Of a stretch of 32,618 bases of DNA, positions 1-11,543 are shown in pieces. This stretch comes from Octopus bimaculoides (taxonomy: Eukaryota). The stretch lies in contig NC_068982.1 of the NCBI RefSeq assembly GCF_001194135.2, positions 90,727,279-90,759,896 on the forward strand, given 5' to 3'. Under the pieces are notes generated by a model. The model was given only the letters and a program-made list of their open reading frames with translations. It had not been told where the DNA came from and made no database searches. The position numbers were made by a program, and so were the translations under genes. Numbering within the stretch: the first letter of the stretch is position 1; each line of letters opens with the position of its first letter.

Positions 1-537
1 ATATATATGCAAATATAAATAAATATATCCAATCATCAGATTTACAATTATTCTAACATCTTCAGGTTCTTTTCCCAATATTATAAGTCTAATTTTACAT
101 CCCTTTAAAAAATAAGCAATAAAGATTAAAAATAAAAAATTAAAATTATACTTTGTAATATTAAGAATTAAAATTTATATATTATACATTATAAATATGA
201 ATTAGTATATATATCAACTTGTAAAGTCAAGTATATAATGTCAAATACAAATTATCTATATATATATATATAGCTGAGTTTGTGAGTGTGTGTGTATGTG
301 TATCCAATTCATACATTTACACAATTCCAAATTTCTTGAATGAAACAATCGGAATTAATATTCTAAATACCATAACTTCGGTAACTGCGTCATTTTTTTC
401 GTCAAAATCAATCACAGTTACCAATAAAATCCATTAAACTGCGCAAAATAACATTTCCCCCCTCTAATAAAACCTAAATTTCCTCTTTCTACGACCTTTA
501 CAAATCCTTTCAGCTCCTAATTTCTCTTATGAACGTT

Positions 538-800
538 NNNNNNNNNNNNNNNNNNNNNNNNNNNNNNNNNNNNNNNNNNNNNNNNNNNNNNNNNNNNNNN
601 NNNNNNNNNNNNNNNNNNNNNNNNNNNNNNNNNNNNNNNNNNNNNNNNNNNNNNNNNNNNNNNNNNNNNNNNNNNNNNNNNNNNNNNNNNNNNNNNNNNN
701 NNNNNNNNNNNNNNNNNNNNNNNNNNNNNNNNNNNNNNNNNNNNNNNNNNNNNNNNNNNNNNNNNNNNNNNNNNNNNNNNNNNNNNNNNNNNNNNNNNNT
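538..800. other. Assembly gap (N); other gaps at 22648-22836, 24052-24061 and 25375-25384
   Basis: N runs; the last three sit in microsatellites. Confidence 1.
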
Positions 801-888
801 CTTGACTCCCGTAAGGCGTCTCAGAACATTCACGCTTTAGTTTGACCGACAGGACAACACATTGCAAAATCACTGAACTTCATTACAA

Positions 889-1173
889 ATGTGGGTAATT
901 TTTCAGAAGAAAGCAACCGGTTTAAAAAGACAGCAACAGACTGCAGCAATTCACCACATTCCAGAAGCTACTTTGAATATAATGCAAAATGGTGCATCAA
1001 CATCTTCTGCCCAATCTGTTAGAATTCTGGCAAAAATGTGTAGCAACAGATCGCCAGCAATTGCTTCATCAGAAATTGCCGTCCTAGCTCCTGCGAAAAG
1101 GGATTACACTGCTATGTATAATCAGGGCAATGCAAAAAGTTGTTTTGCACATACCATTTGTATAGCCAATTAG
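889..1173 (+). pseudogene. Possible decayed Helitron Pif1-like helicase fragment
   Basis: The ORF contains ILAKMCSNRSPAIASSEIA, resembling the Pif1/Helitron motif ILAKxRxxxxIAxAVASSGIAA. The Walker A (GGTGKT) expected just upstream is absent. It lies inside the Helitron termini in the sense orientation. Confidence 0.4.
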
Positions 1174-1778
1174 ACGGATGAAATTTACGTACGATTAATA
1201 ATGTTACGCAAAACAGTCTTCAAACTTGCCCGTTTAATTTCATCGTCTTTTGAATTACGAACATATTTACATCATAAGTGTTTTTTCGTTGTAAGTCTTT
1301 CTTTTTTAGTTGATTTTCACCTAGCAAGACTTATCGTAGATGGCGTAATAAGTCACACCCGGACAACGTCGGGTTATACTGCTAGTAATATATAAAATTA
1401 TACTTCAAAATAAAAATATCTGTGTTTAAATGAGAAATATTACAAGAAAAATTCAAATATATATCTTCCTTTTTTTGCTGGTACCAGGATTACTTTTCAA
1501 AGTGCCGATTAGAGGAGAAGATAACAGGGAACTATGGGAATTTATAGAGGATTAGTACCAAGGGGGTAATTACACTATGTAGAGTTTAAATATAAGCTAT
1601 CTTCTATTATTATCTTAAATTTACCTATGCTGGGAGATATGTATAATTTGTTATTATATAATTTTAGTAATATTTAATTCGTTTATTCATTTAAAATATT
1701 TGTGTAATTATATAGTCTATTGAACTGCTGTAGACATAAAGTTGTGTGGATATGTGATTCAGGGGTGGGGGTTCAGTA

Positions 1779-2488
1779 TTACATTTTATTGAAAGTAAAA
1801 TTACTTCAGTGCCTACACTTATCTCCACGTTCATCATATATGTTTAATAATCCATATCTAGACTGTAGTGGTTTCATCAATTCTGTTATGCATAATAAAC
1901 ACATTTTATTCCCAATATTATAGGAGTAGGCTCTAATTATACTCCAGTTAAAGCTGTACTCTCTTTTTCTGGTATTTTAATCCCCATACATATTTATTTA
2001 AGCCTGTGGACTTACTTAAATTAGGATTTTTGATGGTCTGGTAGTGTTGAGATATTCTTTTTTTTTTAATTTCATTAGCTGTTGATGTAATATAAGCCTT
2101 ATTTATAATTGTATTATTATTGTTCTTAGAGATTATTATACATTTATAAATTACATTATTAAGATTACAATTATCAAAGAGCTTACATTTAGTCTTATCA
2201 TGACATGAGCATTTTTCTATATGTTGATTAAGACTTCTATCACTATCGGTCATATTATTGCTAGAGCTATTATATATTATGCTATTACAATAATTATTTA
2301 ATTTCTTATTATTTATGGAGGAAATAATATTATCTATATTTCTCGATGTTGAGTATCCCACTCTGATGGTTTTATTGGAAAATATATATGAATACCTGTT
2401 GTCCCTTTCATAAAACATTTTTTATAATTTTAAGTGTCTCCTTAATAATATTAGTCATCACTTGAGCCCCATACGGGATAATTAACCA
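1779..2488 (-). pseudogene. Penelope-like element 3' relic: linker plus GIY-YIG endonuclease, frameshifted and 5'-truncated
   Basis: Across frames it reads WLIIPYGAQVMTNIIK..IFSNKTIRVGYSTSRNIDNII..CSCHDKTKC..CNLNNVIYKC..AYITST..KRISQH..STGLNKYVWGLK..NWSIIRAYSY..CLLCITE..LLN..KCRH. This matches the PLE pattern WFNPPY/SYSC/CxC..C/VIY..YIG..R..H/W/CxxC/CRH. The 5' break abuts (TA)n at 2489-2506. Confidence 0.85.
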
Positions 2489-4135
2489 TATAATATATAT
2501 ATATATACAACAATTTTATATTGTCTTGATCCACAGGAATCAACAAGCTAAATAGGAAACAAAAAAGAATGCTTCTATTGTTATCTTATTCTAGCATATC
2601 AATCTTTCAAATTTCAGACGCTGTTGGTGTCGAACTTATATGGTTACTTATCCTGAGATTGGTTTAATAAGTATGAGAACAAATAAAAAAACCGAAGTTG
2701 ATTCAATTGACTATTTCTCTTTCTTTATAATATTCTGGGACACTTGACAGTATTATGATTGTTTAATGTTCTCAATTCTAACGTCAAAGTAGGCGACCTC
2801 TTTTGTATTTTATTGTCATTTTAGAGAGTCTGTGAAATAAATGCCAATGGTATAACCGTGTTGACGCAATAACTTCATAAGATTGTATTTGTGTCTAGTC
2901 AAATAAATGAATAAAATAATTAGGGTTTATTCGCTAAACTATATCTTTTTCTGCAATAAAAATGGCATTATAGCTTAGATAGATTTCTTTATTATGTATA
3001 TAGTGTACTTGAAGTAAGTTTCATCTTCGAAAGATCGATAATAAATGCATAAATATTGGTCCAAATAATTGGGTACAGTCGCTCTGTTACTAATCGCTAA
3101 ACATCAACAGATCTGTAATAAATGAGATAGTAATGAAAATTGACAGAATCATAATATAAAAAAAGACCTCGAGAAATTGACTGGCATATCTCCAAATATA
3201 ACAAATTTAATTACATGACTAACTTTCAGGAATATTTGACAGAAAAGGAAATCCAAGAGAAATAGTTTATTTTACGAGATAAGAGACTATTTTAACTGAA
3301 AACATAATTGACTGAACCTATCCTAGTGCATTACTGGTATCTCTTTTGTTGGTCCATGCTGAAATTGAAAATAATAGACATGGTGTGTATAATTTGTACA
3401 TAGAAATGTAAGATATTGAATTAAAGACTGATATATTCTGCCCACAGTGCTACAGAAGATAAACTCTTCACTATTTTAGTCTTTAACTCTTTCACCTACT
3501 TTACCTGACAAAACCCATGGAAATGACATGAATATCCAGTCTCCTATTTTACCCATCCTTAACATCGATATGATAAACTGCCTCTCAACACAAACTTTTA
3601 ATTATTATGAGTCTGGCAACAAACTATATTTATTATATTTGCTTGAGATAAGTAAAATATTGATTAATTCATTGATTGAACGCGCCAGTCCCTCAGACGT
3701 TTACGTCACCTCGACAATTCCATGCAATCCTAAACAAATAGATCAATTACTATGGTTGATAAGTATCAAATACAAAACAAACGAATACAAAACCGAATTG
3801 TTCATGAACAAATTAGCTGTTATTTCTCTTGAGTATTATTTTATTATCGTTGAAGTGGGTTTGATCTCGGCACTAAACACCAAAAACAGTTGGTCAGATT
3901 TTAATTAGTTTAATGCTTCTAATATGTATACGTTCTGCCTTGTCTTTTATCAACTCTTCTAACCAGTTGTGTGAAACTGCAGGATTTCAATATCCTTCTC
4001 AAATCTCTGTGTTCTCGATGTGATATTTAATAAGTCTACGCTAATATAGCAACAGTAATATTCCAGTTGCTATGACAGTACTGTACCAATTACCTTTGCA
4101 TCCTACGTTCAACCCCCATTACTTAAGCAACCAGC

Positions 4136-4455
4136 ATATATGTATGTATATTATATGTATGTATATTATATGATACATACATACATACATGCATACATAT
4201 ACACATACATACACACGCACACACACACACACACACGCACATATATATATACACACATATATACCTATATATACATATCTCTCACTCTCTGTGAATATAT
4301 ATATATGCATACAAACATACATACATACATACATACATTTATACATACATACATACATATATACATACATACATACATGCGTGCGTACGTACATACATAC
4401 ATACATACATACATACATACATGCATGCATGCATACATACATACATGTATGCATG
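4136..4455. repeat. Compound microsatellite (TA/CA/TACA/TGCA)
   Basis: Directly visible; it generates the spurious ORFs at 4119-4592. Confidence 0.95.
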
Positions 4456-4839
4456 CAAGTAAAACTCACTCTGAAAATGCTTGGACGCAACTTCAGAAAT
4501 ATCATCAACATGGAACCATCATACAAAAAGTATATGCTATTTCAATTCAAAACACACATATTTTCATGGTACAATTAACGGAATATTTTTAGTACATATT
4601 TTGGTATCACCAGGACATGAGGCTTCAGATTTTGGTAAATATTGAAAACTTTGAGAGAAATAAAAATTCTGGGAAAGCTCAACTGTTCGAGACCAAATGG
4701 AAATATGTTACAAATGTTAGTAAAAAGATTCCTTTGCGCTCTTCATAAAGCCCGTTTCCGTAACTTTCATTTGCATACAAACGCTCACAGAGAACGACGC
4801 TGTATCTTTTGAGACAGTGAGTTTTACTTTTCATATGTA

Positions 4840-4890
4840 TGTTTGTATGTGTGTATGTATGTATGTATGTATGTATCTATGTATGTATGT
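4840..4890. repeat. (TGTA)n microsatellite
   Basis: Directly visible. Confidence 0.9.
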
Positions 4891-5336
4891 TCAAAATAAA
4901 TTTTCTGCATGAAATTATTGTGGATTTTAATTCCAAAAGGTTCAACGATATTGAACACGAATATTAAGTTCAAGTCTATTCATTCATCTGACGAGGCATG
5001 AAAGCACCAACAGTCCAATATGCAACGAACGAAATTAAGAACGTGAAAAATATAATGAATAATTTCGCTTCCTCTTTACTTTTACCTGAAGAAAAACGTG
5101 AAGTGAATGATTTTATTGTTCAGGCAAAGACGAGACAAAAGACGCCGGAGGAGACTGCAATAAACTATAAAAAGGAACAAGATTCATAGACGGAAAATGT
5201 CATTAAGTTTGTGATGTTAGATTAGTTCTGCTTGAAATGCTTACAACAAAGCAGACCAACCTTCGCCATTTGTTTAATGTAACTGAAGTATGTACACTTG
5301 AAGTGCAGTTGTTTTAAGGGTGTAGACTCTGCTGGC

Positions 5337-5392
5337 TATCTATCTATCTATCTATCTATCTACTTATCTATCAACCTCTCTCTCCCACTCCT

Positions 5393-5446
<54 letters not shown>
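5337..5446. repeat. (TATC)n and (TC)n microsatellites
   Basis: Directly visible. Confidence 0.95.
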
Positions 5447-5448
<2 letters not shown>

Positions 5449-5624
5449 CAGACACGCAGATATACATAAACGGATAAAGTTACAAAATAACTCAAATACC
5501 GGAATGTCTTGTATAGCACGCACGAAATTCTTGGGCCTTGAGTGACTTTTAACATCTACCGATTAAAAATAGAAGTGTACGTTTATGTTTTTGAGGTCTA
5601 TTTTCCCTGCTTATTTTACCAAGC

Positions 5625-5723
5625 CTGTGTAGTAAATAGCTTGTTTACCAGCCACATGGTTCCGGGTTCAGTCCCACTGCGTGGCACCTTCTACTATAGC
5701 CTCGGGCCGACCAAAACCTTGTG
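5625..5723 (+). mobile_element. tRNA-derived SINE family A, 5' part, truncated at the mariner junction
   Basis: Shares AGCTTG..CCACATGGTTCCGGGTTCAGTCCCACTGCGTGGCACCTT..CTACTATAGCCTCGGGCCGACCAAA with the copies at 20610, 22475 and 23045. It has a B-box-like GGTTCAGTCCC. Confidence 0.8.
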
Positions 5724-6480
5724 GTTTGGGTTTAAAAGTTCAAAGTGGACTAGACCTTTCATATCTCCCCAAACAGATAACAACACCTTACGTGGTTGAA
5801 GACCTTCTTTAGCCTGGGGTGCCGGTGTTTCTCCTTTCACTACACACTGTCTTCGCCGCTTGACATTTTTATAGAGAACCCATTTCTCGTCACCAGTCAC
5901 TATTCGTGAGGCGGGGCAGCAAAGAAGAGCACACATTCTCACTCATCACGCAATTTGATGACTTTTCTGATGGAACGTAGGTGTCGATGATTGGTTGAAT
6001 GATCAAATCCAAGCTTCTCTGCTAGTTCCCTAACAGTTACGAGGGGATTTTGTTCCACCAAGGTTTGCAGGACGTCCTCGTCGAGCTCTACAGATCTTCC
6101 AGGACGTGGCTCGTGTTCTAGGCTGTAGTTCCCGGCACAGAATTTCTGGAACTACAGTTCACACAGGCTAACGCTTATTGTCCGATCCTCATATACTACA
6201 TTAATGTTCCTCGAATTTTCTGTTGCGTTGTTGCCTTTATTGAAATCATAAAGGAAAATATGCTGAGTATGTTAATTTGTCACTTCCATTATAGCTTTGA
6301 AAAAATAACTATAAAAATCGAATTACACTCTTCAAAACTTGCGCTAATAATTAGGCCAAGGTAAAATTACTACCTGCTTTTATAGCAAGTTGCTGCAGGT
6401 AGTTTATCCCGTTCCCCTACAACTTTTAGTTCATAGTTCATGCAATTGAAAAAAACTGCATTATTTGTGGGATGACCCAA
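5724..6480 (-). mobile_element. Mariner element 1 (mellifera-like), 3'-truncated; transposase relic 5724-6289
   Basis: One TIR (minus strand TTGGGTCATCCCACAAATAATGCAG) with TA at 6481-6482. The relic reads MEVTN*HTQHIFLYDFNKGNNAT..EPRPGRSVELDEDVL..TVRELAEKLG..IVTGDEKWVLYKNVKR..VLLSVWGDMKGLVHFELL, with stops and an internal deletion around WVPHEL. Confidence 0.9.
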
Positions 6481-6484
6481 TATA

Positions 6485-7753
6485 ACAGGTCATTAAAAAA
6501 AGTCCGATTTTGAACTGAATATTTATTTTACTTTATCTCAACAAAAAGCTGTGCAGTTAATTAAAGTATGCACCTAAATTATCAACTCATTTGTATCTAT
6601 TTTATCGATAATTTATTTACGCCGGCAGTGAAGAATCGTGGAGAGCAAGGGGTGATTAAATCACGAAAGGCAGTTTTTGCATCTTCTTCAGATTTGAAGC
6701 TTTTTCCTTGCAAAAAGCTGTCTAATACCTGGAAAACGTGATAGTCAGTTGGTGCAAGGTCTAGTGAAAATGATGGATGACAGAGTACTTCCAAATTTAG
6801 TTCCTGTAACTTGAGTAGCGTTCTATGTGCAGCATGTGGTCGAGAATTGTCTTGCAAGAGAATTGACGTGTCTCTATTGACTAATCTCGGTTGTTTAACT
6901 GCAATTCACTCTTCATTTCATCCAATTGGTTGATGTATATATCCGCTGTAATTGACTTACCAGGGCTCATGAAGTTGTAGTGGTCGACACCAGCGCTGGA
7001 CAACCAAACAGACACCATTAGCTTTTTTTGGCGAATATTCTTTTTTGGATTGTGTTTTGGCACTTCGTCTCTATCCAACCACCGTGCAGAAGGCTTACTA
7101 TTGTTGATAAGAATCGGATTTTCATCACACGTAACAATACGATGCAAAAGTGGTTCGCTTTTATGCCGTAACAGCAGAGAACAGCAAGTTTGAAGACGAC
7201 GTGTCATTCAATGCTCGTTCCATTCGTGTGGTACCCTTTTATCCAGCTTCTTTACCTTGCCGATTTATTTCAGATGGTCCAATGCAGCTGCAATCAAACC
7301 CTGCTGCTAACTCACGCATAATTTGAAATGCATCCGCTTTCACTACAGTTTCCAGCTCACCATTGTCCACCTTGGTCTCAGATCTACCACGGGGCCGATT
7401 TTGAAGAGTAAAATCACCAAACTGGACTTTCTCAAAGCATCAACTGACTGTGCGCTCATTTACCACATCTTCACTAAACATTTCATGGATGTGTCGAGCT
7501 GTCTGGGATGCATTGGTTCCACGACGTAACACAAATGCATAAACAACACGTATTTTCTTATCTATCCATGCGTTCACAAAATTGATTTACAAGTCAAAAG
7601 TCTCAATATAATCAGACACCATGAATTGTGTTTCGGAAAATGATGTAGTAACTCTTCAGTGTTGCAAAACAAAGAATTGTCAGAAACATTATAGTAAATG
7701 ACTGTCAAACTTAGCGCATCAAAAAATCGGACATTTCATTTTTAATAACCTGA
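6485..7753 (-). mobile_element. Mariner element 2, full-length (1269 bp), cecropia/Hsmar1-like; transposase pseudogene ~6557-7569
   Basis: TIRs ACAGGTCATTAAAAAAAGTCCGATTTT (from 6485) and TCAGGTTATTAAAAATGAAATGTCCGATTTT (minus strand from 7753), with TA at 6483-6484 and 7754-7755. The relic contains IGKVKKLDKRVPHE, EPLLHRIVTCDE, LMVSVWLSSAG, QDNSRPH, HPSFSLDLAPTDYHVF and FLQGKSF, with several stops and frameshifts. Confidence 0.95.
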
Positions 7754-7755
7754 TA

Positions 7756-8403
7756 CATATATATATATATATATATATCACGTCTCTATCTGTATGTCTA
7801 AAATTCGCTTGCACGCTTTTTTTTTCCATTTGGCTTTGTGTAATCTTCCAAATGCTTGAAGGTTTCCATAACACGCCAATTGTTTTTAATACATAAGTGG
7901 AACGATCTTGATTCAGTGAAACAACTAAGATTCACTACGTATCTATTAAGCGTAAATTAACACATTGCAAGTTTAACCATCCAACTTTGAGGTTACATCA
8001 TATTCATACCGGCTCTAACAATGTTTTAAAAAGTCAGATATTCTAATCGCTAGGATAATGTTAAATAAAGAAGATTAGTCAAACCATCAAAGTTATTGTG
8101 ATGATTTGTTCTACCACAGTTGAGCATTGGATACCTATACGTAAGATGGATATTCGTTATACACGGTGTGTACATACGAAGTAAAAATTCAGTAATGGCC
8201 ATCGCATTCCAGAACAGACACATACTGGATTCTGAGTGAATAATTTCAGCGACAGGAACAAAAATTCCACCATTCCCAAACTCGTTCACATCTCGAATAT
8301 TCTATAACCTTCTTACACAATTGTTGATCCTTTATTCGTTAATCGTATGCTGAGTTCGTCCGTACTTTTGCCAAGTGATGCTTTTGCCCTACTAGGGTTC
8401 TAG
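7756..8403 (+). mobile_element. Possible second decayed Helitron
   Basis: It starts with (TA)n then TCTCTATCTGTATGTC. Frameshifted traces KSQIF..MLNK..QTIKVI..LSIGYLYV resemble the helicase C-terminus (QFP..MTINK..GQT..FSHGQLYV). It ends CCCT-ACT-AGGG TT CTAG|T at 8400-8404, but the hairpin is weak. Confidence 0.3.
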
Positions 8404-8877
8404 TAAGCCTACTCCTCATGCTCACTTGAGAGTGCCGATCTATCTACTGACGATTCTACGACGTAACATGTACTGGATTAACAGACAATTTACAAAATGA
8501 ATATTATTGGATACGATACTTGAATTTGTCGTCGGAAGTATTTTCATGCCTTATTTTATAGTTTTACTTGATGCGGAATTGGATCTAAGAGATTTTATGT
8601 GATACATGTGTGAATACTGAAAGATAAGTTTCAAGAGACGAGGTAGTTCCTCTGAATGGGAAATGGTGAAGAACAAACAAATATGTTCATTAATTAGATT
8701 CTAATAAAGTTAAATTATATTCGAAAGCATTCCAGTCGTGCCAATCAGCAATTAAGTAGCAAGCAATTAAGTTAATAAAATCTATCAGGTTATAAAGACA
8801 TTTTATTCTCATTAACACATTATTATTATCATAGAGCTTCGTGATCTAACGAGTGAGCTTTTATATGGTCACTTATA

Positions 8878-8922
8878 GTGCTAGAAACAGCAGTCAAATA
8901 TCCCCAAACTTGCATCCTTAAG
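8878..8922 (+). repeat. Dispersed repeat family C fragment
   Basis: The motif GCTAGAAA(C/T)AGCAG(C/T)CAAAT..CC(T/C)CAAA recurs in degenerate form at ~16930-16965, 22095-22145 and 29930-29978. Confidence 0.5.
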
Positions 8923-9240
8923 CAATACAGGAAAATGGTACTCTAGTCCTACATACACTAAAAGAGAGGGAATGATTAATAACTGGAATACATTTATCAT
9001 AGGCGAACACAATAAGAATTCAACTGCAGCTCAGTAACATACAGCAACTACATAACTAGATTTATAGGGAAATTGATTCTAGATTTGGTAGTATTTAGTA
9101 ACGACTATTTAGGCTCTCAGTTCAAACCCTGCCGGTGATGGGTCTGCAATTCTTTACGTAATCCATGAAAGAAGGACCACTTAACTACTGCATGGTTTAA
9201 TCCACAATTTACTTACAAAGAGTTTTGCTTTTTCTATATA

Positions 9241-9412
9241 TTTGATCCCCATATCAAGCACATGGTGATGGTACTTTATTTTATCGACTACCAGGGGATG
9301 AAGGGCAAAGTTGACACCAGCGAAATTTGAACTCAGAATGTACAAAGAACCGGAAGAAATGCCGCTACGCAATTTGTCCGATGCGATACTGACTCTGCCA
9401 GCTCACTACCTT
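9241..9412 (-). mobile_element. tRNA-derived SINE family B
   Basis: Reverse complement of the family seen at 10665 (AAGG..GAGCTGGCAGA..CTGAGTTCAAATT..GTCAACTTTGCC..CATCC..GTCGATAAAATAAAGTACC). Confidence 0.8.
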
Positions 9413-9528
9413 CGTACCTAAACTGGTTTCAAATTTTGAGACAAGGCCAGCAATTTCATGAAGGGCGGGTAAATTGGTTACATCGACCCCGAAATTATGA
9501 AAGGATGAAATCACTATAGCTGCATAGG

Positions 9529-9730
9529 AAGGTGGTGAGCAAGCAGAATCATTTAAAGCGTTTAAAAAGTGATTTTCAGTGTTTGTTTCGGGTCTTTAAC
9601 ATTCTAAATTCCGGCCGAGATCAATCTTGTTTTTATCCTTTCGTGGTAGGTATAATACATTACCGATCAAGCACTGGAGTTGATGTTTTCGAGTCAAACA
9701 CACCATCCCTCAAAATCGTTAGCCTTACCC
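9529..9730 (+). mobile_element. tRNA-derived SINE family B (decayed)
   Basis: AAGGTGGTGAGCAAGCAGAATC..AAATTCCGGCCGAGATCAA..ATCCTTTCG..GCACTGGAGTTGATG aligns by eye with 10665-10865. Confidence 0.7.
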
Positions 9731-10267
9731 TTAAATTAGCAACCATTATTATTTCGTAGCTTTATTTCTGGATAACTGAGATCAAGAATTATCATGATTA
9801 TACTGTTATATTCAGTCCAGTGCCAGTCCTTCTGTTGTTACACTCAGGAAATTTCGGATGGTGTATGATCCAGCTTTCATCAAGCACCTGTCGATTCAGT
9901 AACACTCTCAGAATATCATACCAGACCCCTTATAAAGGACGCAACTTGGCGGAGTGATTGTTCTCATTCTGTTGTCAATTCCAGAGATATTTGTGTTACT
10001 TATCCTCCTACTGGCGATGCGGCTTTCTCGCTCCCAAACCGAATATATGGAGACTGGAGTCTTGCCTCCCGAGCAAACTACAACATTTAACAGTTAACCA
10101 ATGTTTATATTCATTCACCACTTTTCCCGTGTCTCGTAGGACAATTAGGTAATGGAAATTAGGAGCTTAAATCCTAACTTTTTTTTCTTTTTATGACCGT
10201 AAGCTTAATTTGCATTAACTAATTTGTCCTACGGGACAACGGTATAGTGAAAATGAAAGTTAACTCG

Positions 10268-10349
10268 TGGTGGTGGTGGTGGTGGTGGTGGTAGTGGTGG
10301 TGGTGGTGAGAATGATAACAATGACGATGAAGATGATGATGGTGGTGAT
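10268..10349. repeat. (GGT)n/(GAT)n trinucleotide repeat
   Basis: Directly visible. Confidence 0.9.
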
Positions 10350-10664
10350 GTCGACGATTATGGTCTGAGTAAATAATGTGAAAAATATAAAATAGTTCGA
10401 AAATAATTATGATTAAAAAAATTGGTCTCATCTAAATAACTTTACGTGCTATAAGGGAAAAAAATGGAAACAGAAAACGAGGAGTTTTGAAATTGGCGTC
10501 AGAAATGTTTTGTGATTCACCTCAAACTATCTCCAACAGTGATTCTTTGTTCACCAATGTAATTTAATGATATCACGGATATAGTTGTAGTGGCGTTTCA
10601 AATTTGATGCTGTTAGTACCGCCCCCAGGCCATGTTTAACTGTGTTTGATCAATACGATCCAAT

Positions 10665-10865
10665 AAGGCGGCAAGTTAGCAGAATCGTTAGCACGTCGGT
10701 CAAAATTATTAGCAGAATTTTTTCCGGCTCTTTGCATTCTAAGACCACATTCCGCCGGAGTCAACTTTCATCTCTTCAGGGTCGATAAATTAAAATCCCA
10801 GTAAAGTACTGGGGTCGATGTGATCGACTTGTCCTCCACACCTCTTCAGAATTGTTGGCTTTGAG
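10665..10865 (+). mobile_element. tRNA-derived SINE family B
   Basis: AAGGCGGCAAGTTAGCAGAATCGTTAGCACG head, then TTCCGCCGGAGTCAACTTTCATC..GGGTCGATAAATTAA..GTACTGGGGTCGATGTGATCGAC body. Confidence 0.8.
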
Positions 10866-11543
10866 CCATGTACCAGACTGGCATCTCATTCAGAGGGATT
10901 TTGAGGTCTTAATCACATATACACCATAGAAACCGGGCAAACGTCTTCAAAATATGTAGGGTACGAGAAAAAAATACAATCAGTGGGTAATGTTATACAA
11001 ACCGGAGTAGAACCAGTTGCAGATGATCGATTAGGCCGATTAGTAATATGAATTTAAAACAATTCTTGAAGAATCATTGCTTTATATTTAATCTTTTTAG
11101 TATATAATTGCAGTAAGGGAAATAATAAATCCTAAATCAGTCAAGGCGGGATTAGAAGTTTGAATTTTAGATCGAAGGACAAAGAAGACGTATGAATGTA
11201 TATTTATTTCTCTTACTCATTGCAAAGATTTGAAATTTTCTAGTCATACGTAATCATGTAGAGTATGATAACATTTTATTTTAGATCTTAGTCAAGAAGG
11301 AACGAATTGCCCGTGACTGTTCAAGCTTTCTGAGAATGGTTGGATGGACGGAATGATGTCCTCGAGCAAGAAATCTGACCCAAATGTTTTCAACATAGTC
11401 GACTCTACTAAAGATACCAGCTGATGGTGTTAAACCGGATGATGGGGAAAATTTTCCATCCAAGTGGCCCAGAGCGTGGTTTGAATCCAGAACGCAGATA
11501 ATCAGAATAAATACTACAAGGAATCCTATCGGATATTTTTATA

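Larger units (their letters stand above)
255..1385 (+). mobile_element. Non-autonomous Helitron (interrupted by N-gap 538-800)
   Basis: A|TC 5' end at 254/255 followed by (TA)n and GT-rich sequence. The 3' end has a subterminal hairpin CCCGGAC-AAC-GTCGGG (1358-1373), 8 nt, then CTAG|T (1382-1386). These are canonical Helitron termini with an AT target and no TSD. Confidence 0.75.

Noticed and set aside
510-873. ORFs spanning the N-gap (also 22581-23023)
   Set aside because: Open only because of N runs.
3528-3908. 126-aa ORF
   Set aside because: No recognisable motif, AT-rich codons and no splice or promoter support.
4119-4592. Long ORFs rich in Y/V/C/M/H/T/I (likewise 19701-20166, 23461-24283, 25196-25581, 26114-26355, 26922-27274)
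   Set aside because: Translations of microsatellites that lack stops.
4988-5002. CTGACGA..GAAA hammerhead-like words
   Set aside because: No room for a stem II and no stem I or III.
10219-10431. Poly-His ORF
   Set aside because: Antisense of the (GGT)n/(GAT)n repeat.
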